Assembly: GCF_006345805.1 (NCBI RefSeq)
Contig: NC_042997.1
Coordinates: 70,928,001 to 70,992,000, forward strand
Reading direction: 5' to 3'
Source: Octopus sinensis
Taxonomy: Eukaryota
DNA: 64,000 bases
A model generated the notes under the pieces. That model was not told the origin of the DNA and did not search any database. It saw only the letters and a list, made by a program, of their open reading frames with translations. Below are positions 50,840 through 64,000 of the stretch, piece by piece (positions within the stretch are counted from its first letter, which is position 1; each line of letters opens with the position of its first letter). Made by a program: the position numbers and the translations under genes.

Positions 50840-51355
50840 ATAAGCACCAGGCAGTGGCTCTCATGTCTTTTGATCGTAACTGATTGGAAGTGTTATCATG
50901 TACATGATTTGTCTTGGTATTTAAGATGAGCTACAGTAAATATTTTGCTGAAATACCACATATTTGCTTGTCAGTTGCTTCTCCTTAACCAATTGAGCAT
51001 GTCCCTTAGTGGCTGACGATATGAGTATCTCTGAACATGAGCAGAAGTAGCAGAAGTAGTGAGGAATTTTCTGAGTTTCAATATTTCACCTCTGCAAAAA
51101 TAGGTGTTTCATTCGTCATCCTTAAACAAGCCTTATCTAGGGAATATTTTTATGGGACGGGCTACTCGATCTGAAGAAAATTCTAATTGGGCCCCACCTG
51201 CAAATCATGCGCTGCTTATCTTGATATGAGATCACCATATCGCGCACATATGGTTGTGATGTATGTGCCTGGTGCACCCTTATCAGACGTGTATGTTGGG
51301 TTTCGTATATTTGAACCACAGTGTCACTATGATGGCATTCTCTGCTCTCTCACCG
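50840..51355. repeat. Non-coding interspersed repeat family X (~520 bp), most complete copy
   Basis: Shares gcatgtcccttagtggctgacgatatg, gaagaaaattctaa and cccttatcagacg with 49740-50111, 48025-48395 and (inverted) 18370-18722. Confidence 0.85.
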
Positions 51356-51404
51356 CCTTCTGCTGCTGCTGCTGCTACTACTACTACTACTACTACTACT
51401 GCTA

Positions 51405-51442
<38 letters not shown>

Positions 51443-51453
51443 ACTACTACTAG

Positions 51454-51522
<69 letters not shown>

Positions 51523-51576
51523 CAACATCGAAAAATACCTTAGGGATGAGAACCCAGGTTCGAAAATTCCCCCGAG

Positions 51577-51620
51577 ACACCTGATGAAGGCTGGAGGGTA
51601 TATCAGCCGAAACGTTGTGT
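51577..51620 (+). ncRNA. Minimal type-I hammerhead ribozyme motif in a small PLE-terminus-like element (~51530-51725)
   Basis: acac-CTGATGA-a-ggctg gagggtatat cagcc-GAAAC-GTT-gtgt, with palindromic AACGTT. Directly followed by a 20-bp perfect inverted repeat (51625-51644 / 51660-51679). Confidence 0.72.
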
Positions 51621-51818
51621 TAAAATTTTGACGGATTTTGTCCTGGTTTGTACAAGATGAGGACAAAATCCGTCAAAATGTAAATAATGTACATAATTCC
51701 TCATCTCTTAAATATAGAACTGAACAACAATAACAGCAACAACAACAACAGCAACAACAATAATAATAATAGTAATAATAATAATTATTATTATTACTTC
51801 TTCTGATACTACTACTAC

Positions 51819-51877
<59 letters not shown>

Positions 51878-51923
51878 TATTATTATTATTATCATTATTT
51901 TTATTAAGAGTAACAACACGATG

Positions 51924-52026
51924 TACTCCGGAAGGTGCTCGAAAAATAAAAGGCGTTACCTTAGTTCACTGGTAGTGAACAGCTGACACTATAGAACATA
52001 TCCTGTGTTTGAAGCTGTGCAAAGGC
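51924..52026 (+). mobile_element. ~100-bp 3' end of the D2 Dong family
   Basis: tactccggaaggtgctcgaaaaataa ... gaagctgtgcaaaggc shared with ~47699-47802; followed by (AAT)n. Confidence 0.8.
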
Positions 52027-52041
52027 AATAATAACAATGAC

Positions 52042-52106
<65 letters not shown>

Positions 52107-52108
<2 letters not shown>

Positions 52109-53551
52109 TCAACCCAAGAATAACAATCGGGAGGTACGTACTTTAACTTACAACACAAAATGTACGAAAAACTACACATGCAAAACAATGTGACAACAGA
52201 AATGAACGGACCGGTACCCTACGAAAATGACGACCATCAAAATAATGGGCCGGACGTTGTGCCTCATGTCCCACAAATAAAACCCAAAGACATAAATGGA
52301 CACGTGAGGAATACATTTCTATCCTACACGCATACTTCACAGCAGTGCTCTACCCAAAAAATGAAAGCACAACAACACATACATATAAAATATGGAAGGA
52401 AAATAACATAAATATAGACTTGGATACATCAATGAACCCTAATAAATTAGCTAACGTACGAAGATACATTCTCAACGCAAAAAAAAATATCAGAAATAAA
52501 AATAGAACATCTAAAAGAAAAAATACACCAGGAAAATGTAGATAGAAGCCACACAACAATGCCTAATAATATAAACACTGAAACAGTAAAACTTGATAAA
52601 CGTAACATTCCCAACAAACACGATGTAAACAAAAAACAACATACCCAGACCGTAAGGGTGCATAATAATGCACGACAAACAGCAAGCCAAAACACGGCAA
52701 ACAAACATATAAATAAGAAAGAAAGCGACACAAAGCTAAAACCTGGAAACAACGAAGGGGAGCCTAATGATTATGATAATATAAAAAGTAAAATAATCAA
52801 AGAACTGAAAACCACAGAGCTCAAAATGGACCACCGACCATACCTCCCAAAAATCAAAATAGACGAAACAACAACACCAATTATAAACAGCATAAACCTA
52901 GCCGTCACAGAACGAATAGCCACTGAAACAAAAAAGTGATATCACTGAGCTAAATGACTTAGTATACGCAGCAGACACTGCAGCCACAAAAGGAGCTGGA
53001 TACTCACTCAAACCCATCCAAACAGGAGAACCACCACCCAAACAAACCCTGTGGATAAATAATATCCAAAACAAAGTACAAGAAAAGATACTCTGGGATA
53101 TGCCGATACACACATATAGAGAAATTAAGGCCAACAGACCAGATATAGTCGTCAGAGATCATGAAGAAAAAAAAATGCTTTCTAATTGATGTATCAATAC
53201 CGGCAGATGACAACGTGTCTCTAAAAGAAATGGAGAAACTCTCAAAATACAAAGACCTGGAAATAAAGGTAACCAGAATGTGGAATCTAAAAACAGAAAC
53301 AATTCCTATCATAGTAGGTGCATTAGGCATGATAAAAAAATATTCAGACAAATACATAACAAAAACACCAGGACTTACAAACACATATAACATACAGAAA
53401 ATTGCACTACTAGGCACTGCACACATCCTACGCAGAACACTTTCCATATAATAACCATCAGAGCATCACAACAAATCACAGCACATACCTAAGGCACACA
53501 GAGCTGCGCTCGGTAGTGAAGTGAAAGCACACTATAAAAATAAAACTACTG
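52107..53551 (+). mobile_element. R4/Dong-type element D4: both ends apparently retained, RT and CCHC deleted
   Basis: N-terminal RHKWTREEY..W..LANVRRYI..LNDLVYAA..WINNIQNKVQEK joined at 53087/53088 to ILWDMPIH..NRPDIVV..LIDVSIP..KLSKYKDL..PIIVGALG..LLGTAHILRRTLSI*. (AAT)n on both sides. Confidence 0.9.
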
Positions 53552-53573
53552 AATAATAATAATAGTAATAATA

Positions 53574-54415
<842 letters not shown>

Positions 54416-55141
54416 AATAATAATAATAATAATAAATAATAATAATAATAATAATAAGAGGAGGAGTGCCAGCCTTTACAGCGGCTGGACGTATTCCTCA
54501 CTGCTCTGACAATTCAGTAGCCGAAAGCCATAGAAATACTAATATGATCCAGTTTAGCAACGGGGAAAAATAACTCTCAAAGACTGGAACATCTACAATA
54601 TCTTGTGAGTATTTAAAATTCTCTTCAAAATAAGTTAAGAAATTTACAAATTTACATATCTACAGTTTTCAAATATACATCCGATCAGCTTTAAAAACTT
54701 TAATACCCACAATTGCCTCTGTAAACATCCTTTTTTTTTCTTCTCTCTAAAAACATCACGCTTTTCTTTTTGTGGACTTACAAAAGACTATCTTAAAACC
54801 TTAAAACTTTCTATGAAAATCTGACTTTTCTTTGCTTCCTCCCTGAATATTCAAATATAAATGTAAACATATACGTTTTATTGCAAAAACACACCTGTTC
54901 TTCTAACTGGAGATACAAACATCTCTAGAAAAGTCAACTTCAACCTCCACAATATTACCTTACGTGAAATATACAAACACTTTTTTATTGCAATAACACA
55001 AACGCACATGGAAAAAAAATAATGATGCTAAGATTCTCTCTGGTCGAACACAACTTCTCTATTCACAAATAATACAGAACAGCCCTTCCTTAATTTTTCT
55101 TAAGGCTAGTAGTAGTACACATTTGAACTTTTTTTGACTGA

Positions 55142-56075
55142 TAGGTGGGAGGAGAAACCTCTGCACGGCAAATATGTGGCCCGTAGCAAATAAACTGATG
55201 TTGACCAGAAGCAAACCCATCAGTGGCTACGGAGCTCAGGGCTAAAAGCAGAGAGCGAAGGTTTCATCCTGGCTGCTCAAAATCAAAGCCTATTAACCCG
55301 GAACTACCAGGCCAATGTGATGAAAAATGGAGCAGACCCAAAATGCCGATTCTGCAACATGATTGAAACAGTGGACCACCTAATCTCTGGATGTAAAGTC
55401 GTAGCACCAGTGGAGTATAAATTAAGACATGACAGAGTTGGCCAATATCTACACTGGCTAATAAGTCGGCATTACAATATCAAAACTACCGACAAGTGGT
55501 ATAATCACCACCCTGAAGCTGTAACTGAAGGAGAAAATGTAACGATTCTGTGGGACTTTCCAGTACATACAGACCGAACCATCAAAGCCAATAAACCAGG
55601 TATTGTTGTGAAAGACCAAAACAATAAAGTTTGCTTATTGATCGACATGAGCATCCCCTGTGATCATAATATCTCGGCGAAAGAGTTTGACAAGCTCAGA
55701 AAATATAAAGACCTGCTCATTGAAATTGAGAAAATGTGGCATCTCAAGGCGGTTACAATACCAGTGATCGTAGGAGCACTAGGAATGATCAAGAAGGGAA
55801 CCGAAAATTATATGAGAATGATCCCTGGCTTACCATCCCTGCAAGTAGTCCAAAAGATTGTCTTAACTGGTACATCATACGTATTGAGAAGAGCATTGAC
55901 GATGTGAGAACTATTACTACCCATGTATTTTAATTTAACTTTAAAAAAAAATGAACGTACTAGTGAGTTTAGTTTAATAGCCTACCAATGTATACTATGA
56001 GTTTCTTTGCCCTAGGAGTCGGGAAGACACTCGGCAAGAAATGGAAGCAAATTTGAAAGAAGAGTAAAAAAAAAG
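55142..56075 (+). mobile_element. R4/Dong-type element D6, 5'-truncated (CCHC, RLE, 3' UTR)
   Basis: WEEKPLHGKY..WLRSSGLKAESEG; CRFC..ETVDHLISGC; RHDRV; NKPGIVV (PD changed to PG); PVIVGALG. (AAT)n at the 3' side only. Confidence 0.9.
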
Positions 56076-56084
56076 ATAATAATG

Positions 56085-56155
<71 letters not shown>

Positions 56156-56156
<1 letters not shown>

Positions 56157-57835
56157 TCAGCAGTAGAGATAGACTATCACGATTGCTGTTTGGTATACCC
56201 CTACACGGAAAGTGACATCGGTGTACACCTAGAAAAGTGGAAGAAACTAAAATCCTCTGTTATATATGAATGACTTACAGATCTTTGGAAAGACCGAACA
56301 TGAAATAAATGGCCTAGTTTCAGCAGTGCAGATATTCAGTAAGAATATCGGAATGGAGTTTGGGAGTATGCGTATAATACAAAGAGGCAAAGTAGTGTCA
56401 TTTGGTGGTGCAGAGCCACGCAACGGCGAGAAAATCAAGGATATTGAGACTAATGGATAAAAATATCAGGAGATTTTAGAGTACGACAAAATTCAAGAAA
56501 AGTGAAATGAAGGAAAGCATTAGGTAAGAATATCTCAGAAGAACCAAATTAATTATGGGAAGTAGACAAAACAGGAAAACAAACTCAGGGCAATGAACAC
56601 GTGGGTCGTTTCCTTAATGCGATACAATGCAAGTGTTGTTAGGTGGACAAAGAACGAGCATGTGGTAATGGATAGAAAAACTAGAAAAGTGATGGCAATT
56701 AATAAAGAACTGCACTCGAAAAGCCATATTGACAGACTGTATGTGCCTAGAAACAGAGATGGAAAAGGTGTCATAGGATGCAAGATCTGCGTTGTGAACG
56801 AAAAGAACAGTCTGAGATGGTATATCAAACAGCTGAGTGAATCCTTGTATGTCGCTGTTAGAATTAACAATATAATACCTACCGAAAATGTGATATATCC
56901 ACAAGCATTTAAGAAACAAGTTGAAGAAGAAGGAGTAAACAACTGGAAAATGAAACCACTGCATGAGAAATACCTCGGAGAAATCGAAGGAAAAGAGAAG
57001 ATCAACACTTGGAGATGGCTAAGAAGAAATTGATCTGAAAGGATGCACTGAGGCATTCATATGCAGTACCCCGAAACAAGCTCTGAGATCTAATTACACC
57101 AAATAGATAAGTATATTAAATCGCCTTTTGTAGGATGTGTGGCAGAAGAAACGAAACGATCACACATATTGTAAGTGAGTATAGAAAGCTGGTCCAAAAG
57201 TACTACAAATAGAGGCACTAAAATGTGGCTAAGTTTGTTCACTGGAGGCTATATGAAAAGTACGGCTTGAACAGAGCAAGGAAATGGTACGGACATGAAT
57301 CAGAAGGAGTCACTAAGAAGGAGGAACATAAGATATTGTAGGACTTTACAACCTAACGTTACTCCCTAATTGAGGCCCGGAGACCAGCTATTTGTGGTAG
57401 ATACAGAAAAAAAGGAAACCAAGATCATAGATATTGCAATACCTGGAAATGCAGGCATAAGTGACCAAAAATAGAAAAGATTGAAAAGTACAGGCTGCTA
57501 AATGACGATATTGCAAGAATGTGGACTATGAGGAGAGTGTCTGTCATTCCAGTAGCTGTAGGAGCACTCGGAGCACTAACAACCAAGTACAAGAATTATG
57601 TCAAAGAAATCGGAATTGACATAAGAGCGGAACAAGCCCCAAAAATTGCTCTGCTGCGGACAGATAGGATTTTGAGATTGTTACTTGGGTGTTGAATGCC
57701 TCTTACGATAATTATCAACCAAATATCAAAGCTTATAATGTGCGGAAAATAACCCTGTGGGATCTCTGACAGCAGGCTGCTGACCACTCTCACAGAGTCT
57801 ACCAGAACAAGCAGGACCGAACTTTCTGAGAAGTA
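56156..57835 (+). mobile_element. R4/Dong-type element D7, 5'-truncated, degraded (RT domain 5 to RLE)
   Basis: LLYMNDL (YMDD changed to YMND); AMNTWVVSLMRY; LHSKSHIDRLYVPR; IIDIAIP; PVAVGALG. 5' flank (AAT)n; 3' flank (CAA/CAG/AAT)n. Confidence 0.85.
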
Positions 57836-57852
57836 AAACAACAACAACAACA

Positions 57853-57883
<31 letters not shown>

Positions 57884-57923
57884 CAACAACAATAACAACA
57901 ATAATAACAATAATAACAATAAT

Positions 57924-57992
<69 letters not shown>

Positions 57993-58044
57993 CTTTTCTA
58001 CTATAGCCACAAGGCCTGAAATAAAGAGCACATCGACTACAGTG

Positions 58045-58187
58045 CTCAATTGGTATTTATTTCATCGACCCCGAAATAATGAAAGGCAAAGTTGACCTCG
58101 TCGGAATTTCACCTAAGAACGTAACGACGGGCGAAATACCGTAAAGCATTTCGTCCAACGTGCTAACACTTCAGCCAGTTCGCCGTA
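58045..58187 (-). mobile_element. SINE family B
   Basis: ggtatttatttcatcgaccccgaa..aggcaaagttgacctcgtcggaattt..gtgctaacacttcagccagttcgccg. Confidence 0.8.
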
Positions 58188-61100
58188 ATAGTAACAACGA
58201 CAGCATCAACAAATAAGAACAACAAAAATAGCTATAATTATTTTAAATTTTGGCACAAGACCACCACTTTAAAAGTGGTTTTTATTGGTATCATCGCCTT
58301 TATTACTTGGCTAGTACATTATACTATCGATCTCGAAATGATGAAAGTAATGATATCATCTGGCAGGAAATGAACACAGAAGGTAAAGAGCCAGAAGAAA
58401 TATTCTAAAGTATTTTCCAACAGTCTAAAGAAGCATTGTAGAGTAAAGTTAAGATGAATGAAGAGTACCACATAGCTTGCATAAATCGAAAGAAGCCGTT
58501 TCCCTTGAATTACATCACTAATTACCTAGGGATAATGATAGCAAATTAAATTATGCATTCTTTTTATACTTTTAGCGAAGACCTTTTTTTCTTTTGTGTT
58601 CGATAAAATATATTCCCAATAAAAACTTAGGTCGAAGTAATAGACCGTTCTATCTGTTCACCCAAAATGATGGCCGTTTACCGATGCAATTAAAAGAACA
58701 TATGTAACAGGATTAGTAAATATAATGCTGAGCTCTAGTTGGCTCAAACGGACATTAGGCTTTTGATTCTGTGCTCAAGAAATATCCTATCAATTCCAAC
58801 AGTAATTCCATTGATTAGAAATGTTCTTAACTTTATAGTCTTCATTACAGATTGATTGTCTTGTGGCGAGTTACAAGTTAATAATACAGAAGCATATAGA
58901 CTGAAATGTTGTTGTTTACTCCAAGATCAATGCTGGTCAGGATGTCTGACGATCAAATGTGTTTGATTCGTGACGTAGTGTGCCTAGTGTTACATTATCC
59001 TGTATGTGTTTCCATTTTCGAAGTAGTAGAATGTATGATCCGAAAGACATTTGGCAGCCCTTTCGATTAGACCTTGTGTGTTTTGAATGATAAGTTAAAA
59101 GTGGTGGAATGATGGATTAAAGGCTTCGTGTATTTCATTTACCAGTACATTTGTCGTTCCAATATTTCCAGTATTAAACGTCATTATGATGATAACATTC
59201 TTTTTGAACATAATTTTACAAACAACAGGAACAATTTAATTGGAATTATCAACCAACATTAAATACGAAATACGGTATTTTACGATATATAAGCGTAATA
59301 AACAAATATATCGCATATTTCTAGGTTCCGAATAAGATATCTATATCAGGATGATTAAGATGCGAACATTCAGAAAACCTGTTGAAGTTAGTAACGCATT
59401 TCATCATTTATGCAAGGTTTGTAATTTCCAGAGGAGTAAAAAATAATGTGATTGTACTTCGCTGATAAAAACAATAAAGAAAAATATTTGCTATGAACTC
59501 CAACATTTCAATATTTCTTTCTTTCCAACTACTTAACAATCTAATAGATTGTCTTCACACGTCTTCGAATGACCGGCATAGCAAAAGGTTGCAAAAGAAG
59601 ACAAAGATAAAAAAAATAACACTGGATAAAATATATACTTGATACGGAAATTTATGTAAAGGTTATCGAGAAAGAAAAAAATGTTTTCTAGTCGATCACT
59701 CTTTCTACTAAAATATCTCAGAGTGAAGAAAAGGTATCGGCACCTGCAATGACTTACATTATTGTTTACTTTTTTTCCCCACTTCTGTTATTATGTTCAA
59801 TTTTTTGTTCATTTCTTCCTTCATGATATTCAAAGTGACAAATGTCATTTTGGAAGCGAAATTATTGCTTGTTTTTCTTCTTTTCGTTTATATTATTATT
59901 CGAGTATGTAAATGACATCACCGCCGAAGTATATTGTACAGTTATCTACAAAAGATCACAATAAATGTATTCAACCTCAATGAACATAAAATATCACACT
60001 CGAAAATAGCAATTCAGTTGTGATCATATAATACGTATTAATAAAAAATATTTTTTATGTAACAGCATGTAGAATAATATAATGTACAGAATATCTTAGT
60101 ATTTTCAAGAGTTTTTTTTTATCTTATTATATAGGAATATTAACGTTCAGCATTCTTGTAAGGAAGTTGAAATTGAGCAGCATAATATTTTTGCGTGCTA
60201 AAATAAGTTTACATTTATTGAACTTTTGAGGTACAACTAACTGGGAAATATCGAAAGAAAATTACGTGCCCTGTAAGAGTTGACATCAGTTTACCTCTAT
60301 CATGCGGGACTATTGTGTTAACTTTACTAATGTTGGATTTTTAGCAACCGCATTCTTCTCATGCTTCTTAAAAGTTAGGATCATTCATATTCTGTCTTAC
60401 ATAAAGTAACAGTGGTACCCAAGTGAAATAGATGTTATATGGCTTTTTGTGTCATATCCCAGGCTCATAAAAGAAAATAAAGCTAACCAAATATTCATTA
60501 ATCGCATATTTTCTACTGCTGCCTACAGCAGTAACCAATGCACGTCAGAATTTCTAAAAGGGTTTAGTAGGGTAAAGAATTACAGACTCTGATGTAATCC
60601 TAAATTATTAAACAGTTTCCCTGTGTCCCTTACTACAATTAATGATAGTAATAATTCTATTAATTACGTTCTAAACTGCAGATGAAATTATAATCGGTTG
60701 CCACGAGTACTGTAAAATCTCTTGTAATTGTTTTATTAATAGTCGGAATATTAAAAGCAAAGTTGATTACGGACTGACCTGAACTCAGAATGTGGATGGA
60801 CGGAATTAAATATTAAAAACATATCTATCGATAATCTACGCTTTATATCAGTTAACTATTTTTTTCTTAGATTAGCATTAGGAACAATTCTTACAGTATC
60901 TAGCCAAGGACGTAACAACGACAGAATTATACGAAAAAATGTTTGTGCGACCTTCAGCTTTATTTTATTTTGTTCTCGCCAAGGCCACAAATAAAAATGA
61001 AAACATAGACAGAACGGAAAACATGATTGTCTTTATCATCCTTCTCCACACACTACTGTCAAGTAATAATTTCTTGAAAACGAAGGAGATTTGATATATT

Positions 61101-62415
61101 TAAGGAATTTTAATAAAATATTTTGATATTCAAGAATTTCCGTAAACAAATAATTAAATCAAGAAATCGTGACAAAAGTCTCCGTAACCTACATGGCTGC
61201 ATTATTAACCACAGATGCACACTAATTTCAAATGATATTCTTCTTTAAATTTCTATCGACAATATTAATTTATACCTCAGCCAGAAATGCACTACTTCCA
61301 TGATCAATGACATCAGCATCTTCTATCAATGTATAAGGCAGTTGATGTGCTCCAATAGCAAGAAGACACAACTGCTACATATATCAAAGAAATAATTTTA
61401 CATCATTAACTCAAACAAAAGACAATTAATTCCTTAAAATTGTTATGATAACTAAGATATGCAATATATAATGAATTATGGCGAAAGCAAACCTGTAATC
61501 GCTGAAACGATATAACTGCTACTAAACGTATTATACAAGGCCAGAAGCACTTTACTCTTAATCTTTTCGTAACACTTGATAGCATTTGCTGAAGAAGGAT
61601 CTGATTAGAGTTCTGATCTCTCTGGGACGGTTCTGATGCTATGCAATACAACATCAGCTGAGTAGTAGATACTCACTCACTCTAACAGATGCTTCCATGG
61701 TCGTCTTCTTATGACATCACTTTGCAATTACATTGTTCCGAGTTCAATCTCATTATGCGGCGTCGCAGGTACAATTAAAAGCCAGAAAAGGAATTTTGCT
61801 AGACGGAAACCGTGCGGAAAGCTGCTGCATTGCTCACACACACACGCTCGCACGTACACACTTTCTTTCTCTTACACACACACACACATACACACACACT
61901 CACACACACGCACTCGCATGCACACGCACACACACAATACACAGCACACACACACACACAACACACACATGAGATCGAGAAGCATTGTGCATGTATATAT
62001 ATATGTGTGTGTGTCTGTATGTGTGTATGCATTTCTGCTTACGTTTTTGTAGTGTCACTTCATGTCCTGTAACTTAGACTTTTTAAAAAGAAAATTGATA
62101 AAATGATAAGCAGATTTAATTACTCGGTCGATGTGATTGACTAAAACACTTGTAGATAGTATCACATCATTCCCGTTTGTGAGCATGTGATTGAAGCGTG
62201 TTCTTTTTGGAACCAGTAAAAGAATGAAAACAACAAGAACCAGCTGCAATTACTGGTTCACTAACAGTAAAAATCCGTGAAAGGATACCATATTTGGTAG
62301 CATTAAAGCCGCATTCATGTTAGACACACTCCGATTTCAGCAGCGCATATTGAGGGAAAAAAAGGTTTTATCGCATTAAAGCATATAACAGAGAACCAAC
62401 TGAAAGTAGCGAAAT

Positions 62416-62618
62416 GGGAGAATCGTTAGCACCCGAGCAAAGTGCTTAGCGGTATTTCGTCCGTCTTTACGTTCTGAGTTCACATTCCACCGCATTTGAC
62501 TTTGCTTTCCAGCCTTTCAGGGTCGATAAAATAAGTACCAACTGAGCACTGGAATTGATGTTATTGATTTGACCCCCTCTCCATTAATTGCTAGCCTTGT
62601 TTCAAAATTTGAAACCGG
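62416..62618 (+). mobile_element. SINE family B
   Basis: gagaatcgttagcacc..tgcttagcggtatttcgtcc..cgttctgagttcac..gggtcgataaaataagtacc. Confidence 0.8.
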
Positions 62619-64000
62619 TGGCATATAGGCTCAAATTGGCAATATTTTTGAGACATTTTGAGAGAAAATGTGCATTTCATATGCTATCTAATATGGTAAC
62701 TAAATATCGTATTTTTGTGTTTCCGATACACCAATGACTAATCAATACTAACTTCATCGATACAGAATAAGGAGTGATAGAGATGAACTTGATGGAATTT
62801 GAACGGACATAACTTATGGTATTTTGTTGATTGCTGCCTTGATTCTGGAAATCCACTGCTATTCATGGACTAAATATTGTGTAAATTATTTATGCTCATA
62901 AAAACAATACTGAAGTGATAGATGAGAACGAGGATTAAAAGGAAAATGTAAATTACGCTAGAATAGTTGTTGGAAAGAGGAAAAAGGAAGAATAGTGGCA
63001 TCAGTTGTAGGAAAGAAGTGAAGATAAAGTAAAAATGGTGTTAATTTCTAGATCCAGTATTAGGAAATGCAACAACAAATATGGATAATATGGGAAATAC
63101 AATAGCTAAAATTGGACGAAATATTAGGGCTATAAAGTATTCTAATTAAGTAAAAGAAAATGCATTAAATCTAACAAAAATGTAGAATATAAAAAGAAAA
63201 CGTGAAATTCTAACAGAAGGAACTTTAACAAAAGAACGACTGAAAGGAAAAGAAAGAACGAAAAACTAAAGAAAGAAAATAAAGAAAGAGAGAACGAAAG
63301 AAAGAACGAACGAAATGAATGGAACAGAAAGACTTATGTAGCTTGCTATCAGAGAAATTGTAAAAAATTTGTATAGAAATTATTTCTTTTCATTAGATTA
63401 TCAATAGTCACTAGTTGTAAAAATATAGTTCTCTACTAATACGGAATCAATTCAACGTCCACAAAAAATAAAAATAAAACAGTTATATTTTTTTATACTG
63501 TCTTCATATCGCCCTCACTCATCTCACTCCAATTAGTTTTCAGCAAAAAAAGCGTACGTCAAATAAAGCTATTAGCGTGCATCTGATTACTTTTCGGCTT
63601 GAAAATATGTATCGTGGAGGGGGAGTTCAAAAATAGAACTTTTTTAGTCATGACAGGCTACAAAATTATGAGTTATTGAATATATGTGCGTGAGGGGGGC
63701 AAAATTTATTCAATTAATTTACATGGTGCGTTGGCAGAAGAGATAGAGCACCAAGCAAAATATTTTGCAGAATTTGACTCTGTTCAAACCTTGCCATGTT
63801 AACTTTGTCTTTCATTCTGCCAAAGTCGATTGAAAAAGTATATGTTAAGTACTGGGTGTTCTTCTGAATACGGTAACACCATTATGTCTATACAGCACTA
63901 CGACTGAAACCAGTAACAGGATCAGAATACTAATTCTGAAATGCACTGAGCATCAAAGCAAGAACCTACTTGGTGCATACACTGTGGTTTATTTTTAACA

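Overview
Eukaryotic, AT-rich, microsatellite-dense genomic DNA; the SINE repertoire and repeat style point to an octopus (cephalopod) genome (inference, no database check). The only host coding sequence I can support is one 242-nt minus-strand exon (19314-19555) encoding the first LIM domain of an Lhx2/9 (apterous-type) LIM-homeobox gene. No other exon was found, so the flanking introns appear very long. The rest is mostly transposon material: (1) a near-complete Penelope-like element (PLE; RT + GIY-YIG, 5171-7735, minus) inserted in (TA)n; (2) several small PLE-terminus-like pieces carrying minimal type-I hammerhead ribozyme motifs, two of them inside long palindromes; (3) a mariner remnant; (4) a CR1-type LINE whose 3' tail is shared with the most abundant SINE family; (5) a Tx1/L1-type 3' fragment; (6) many R4/Dong-type (restriction-like endonuclease, RLE) non-LTR elements, including eight co-oriented pieces between (AAT)n tracts at 45-58 kb, two of them RT-less internal-deletion derivatives; (7) at least three tRNA-derived SINE families. 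Best leads: the hammerhead motifs (including a U3-A8 core covariant and a perfect 340-bp palindrome with two inverted copies), an in-frame RT-less Dong N-terminus/RLE fusion, a TGA codon on a conserved Cys of the PLE endonuclease, and a SINE/LINE 3' stem-loop with compensatory changes. All coordinates and alignments were done by eye; none of the RNA motifs has been tested for activity.
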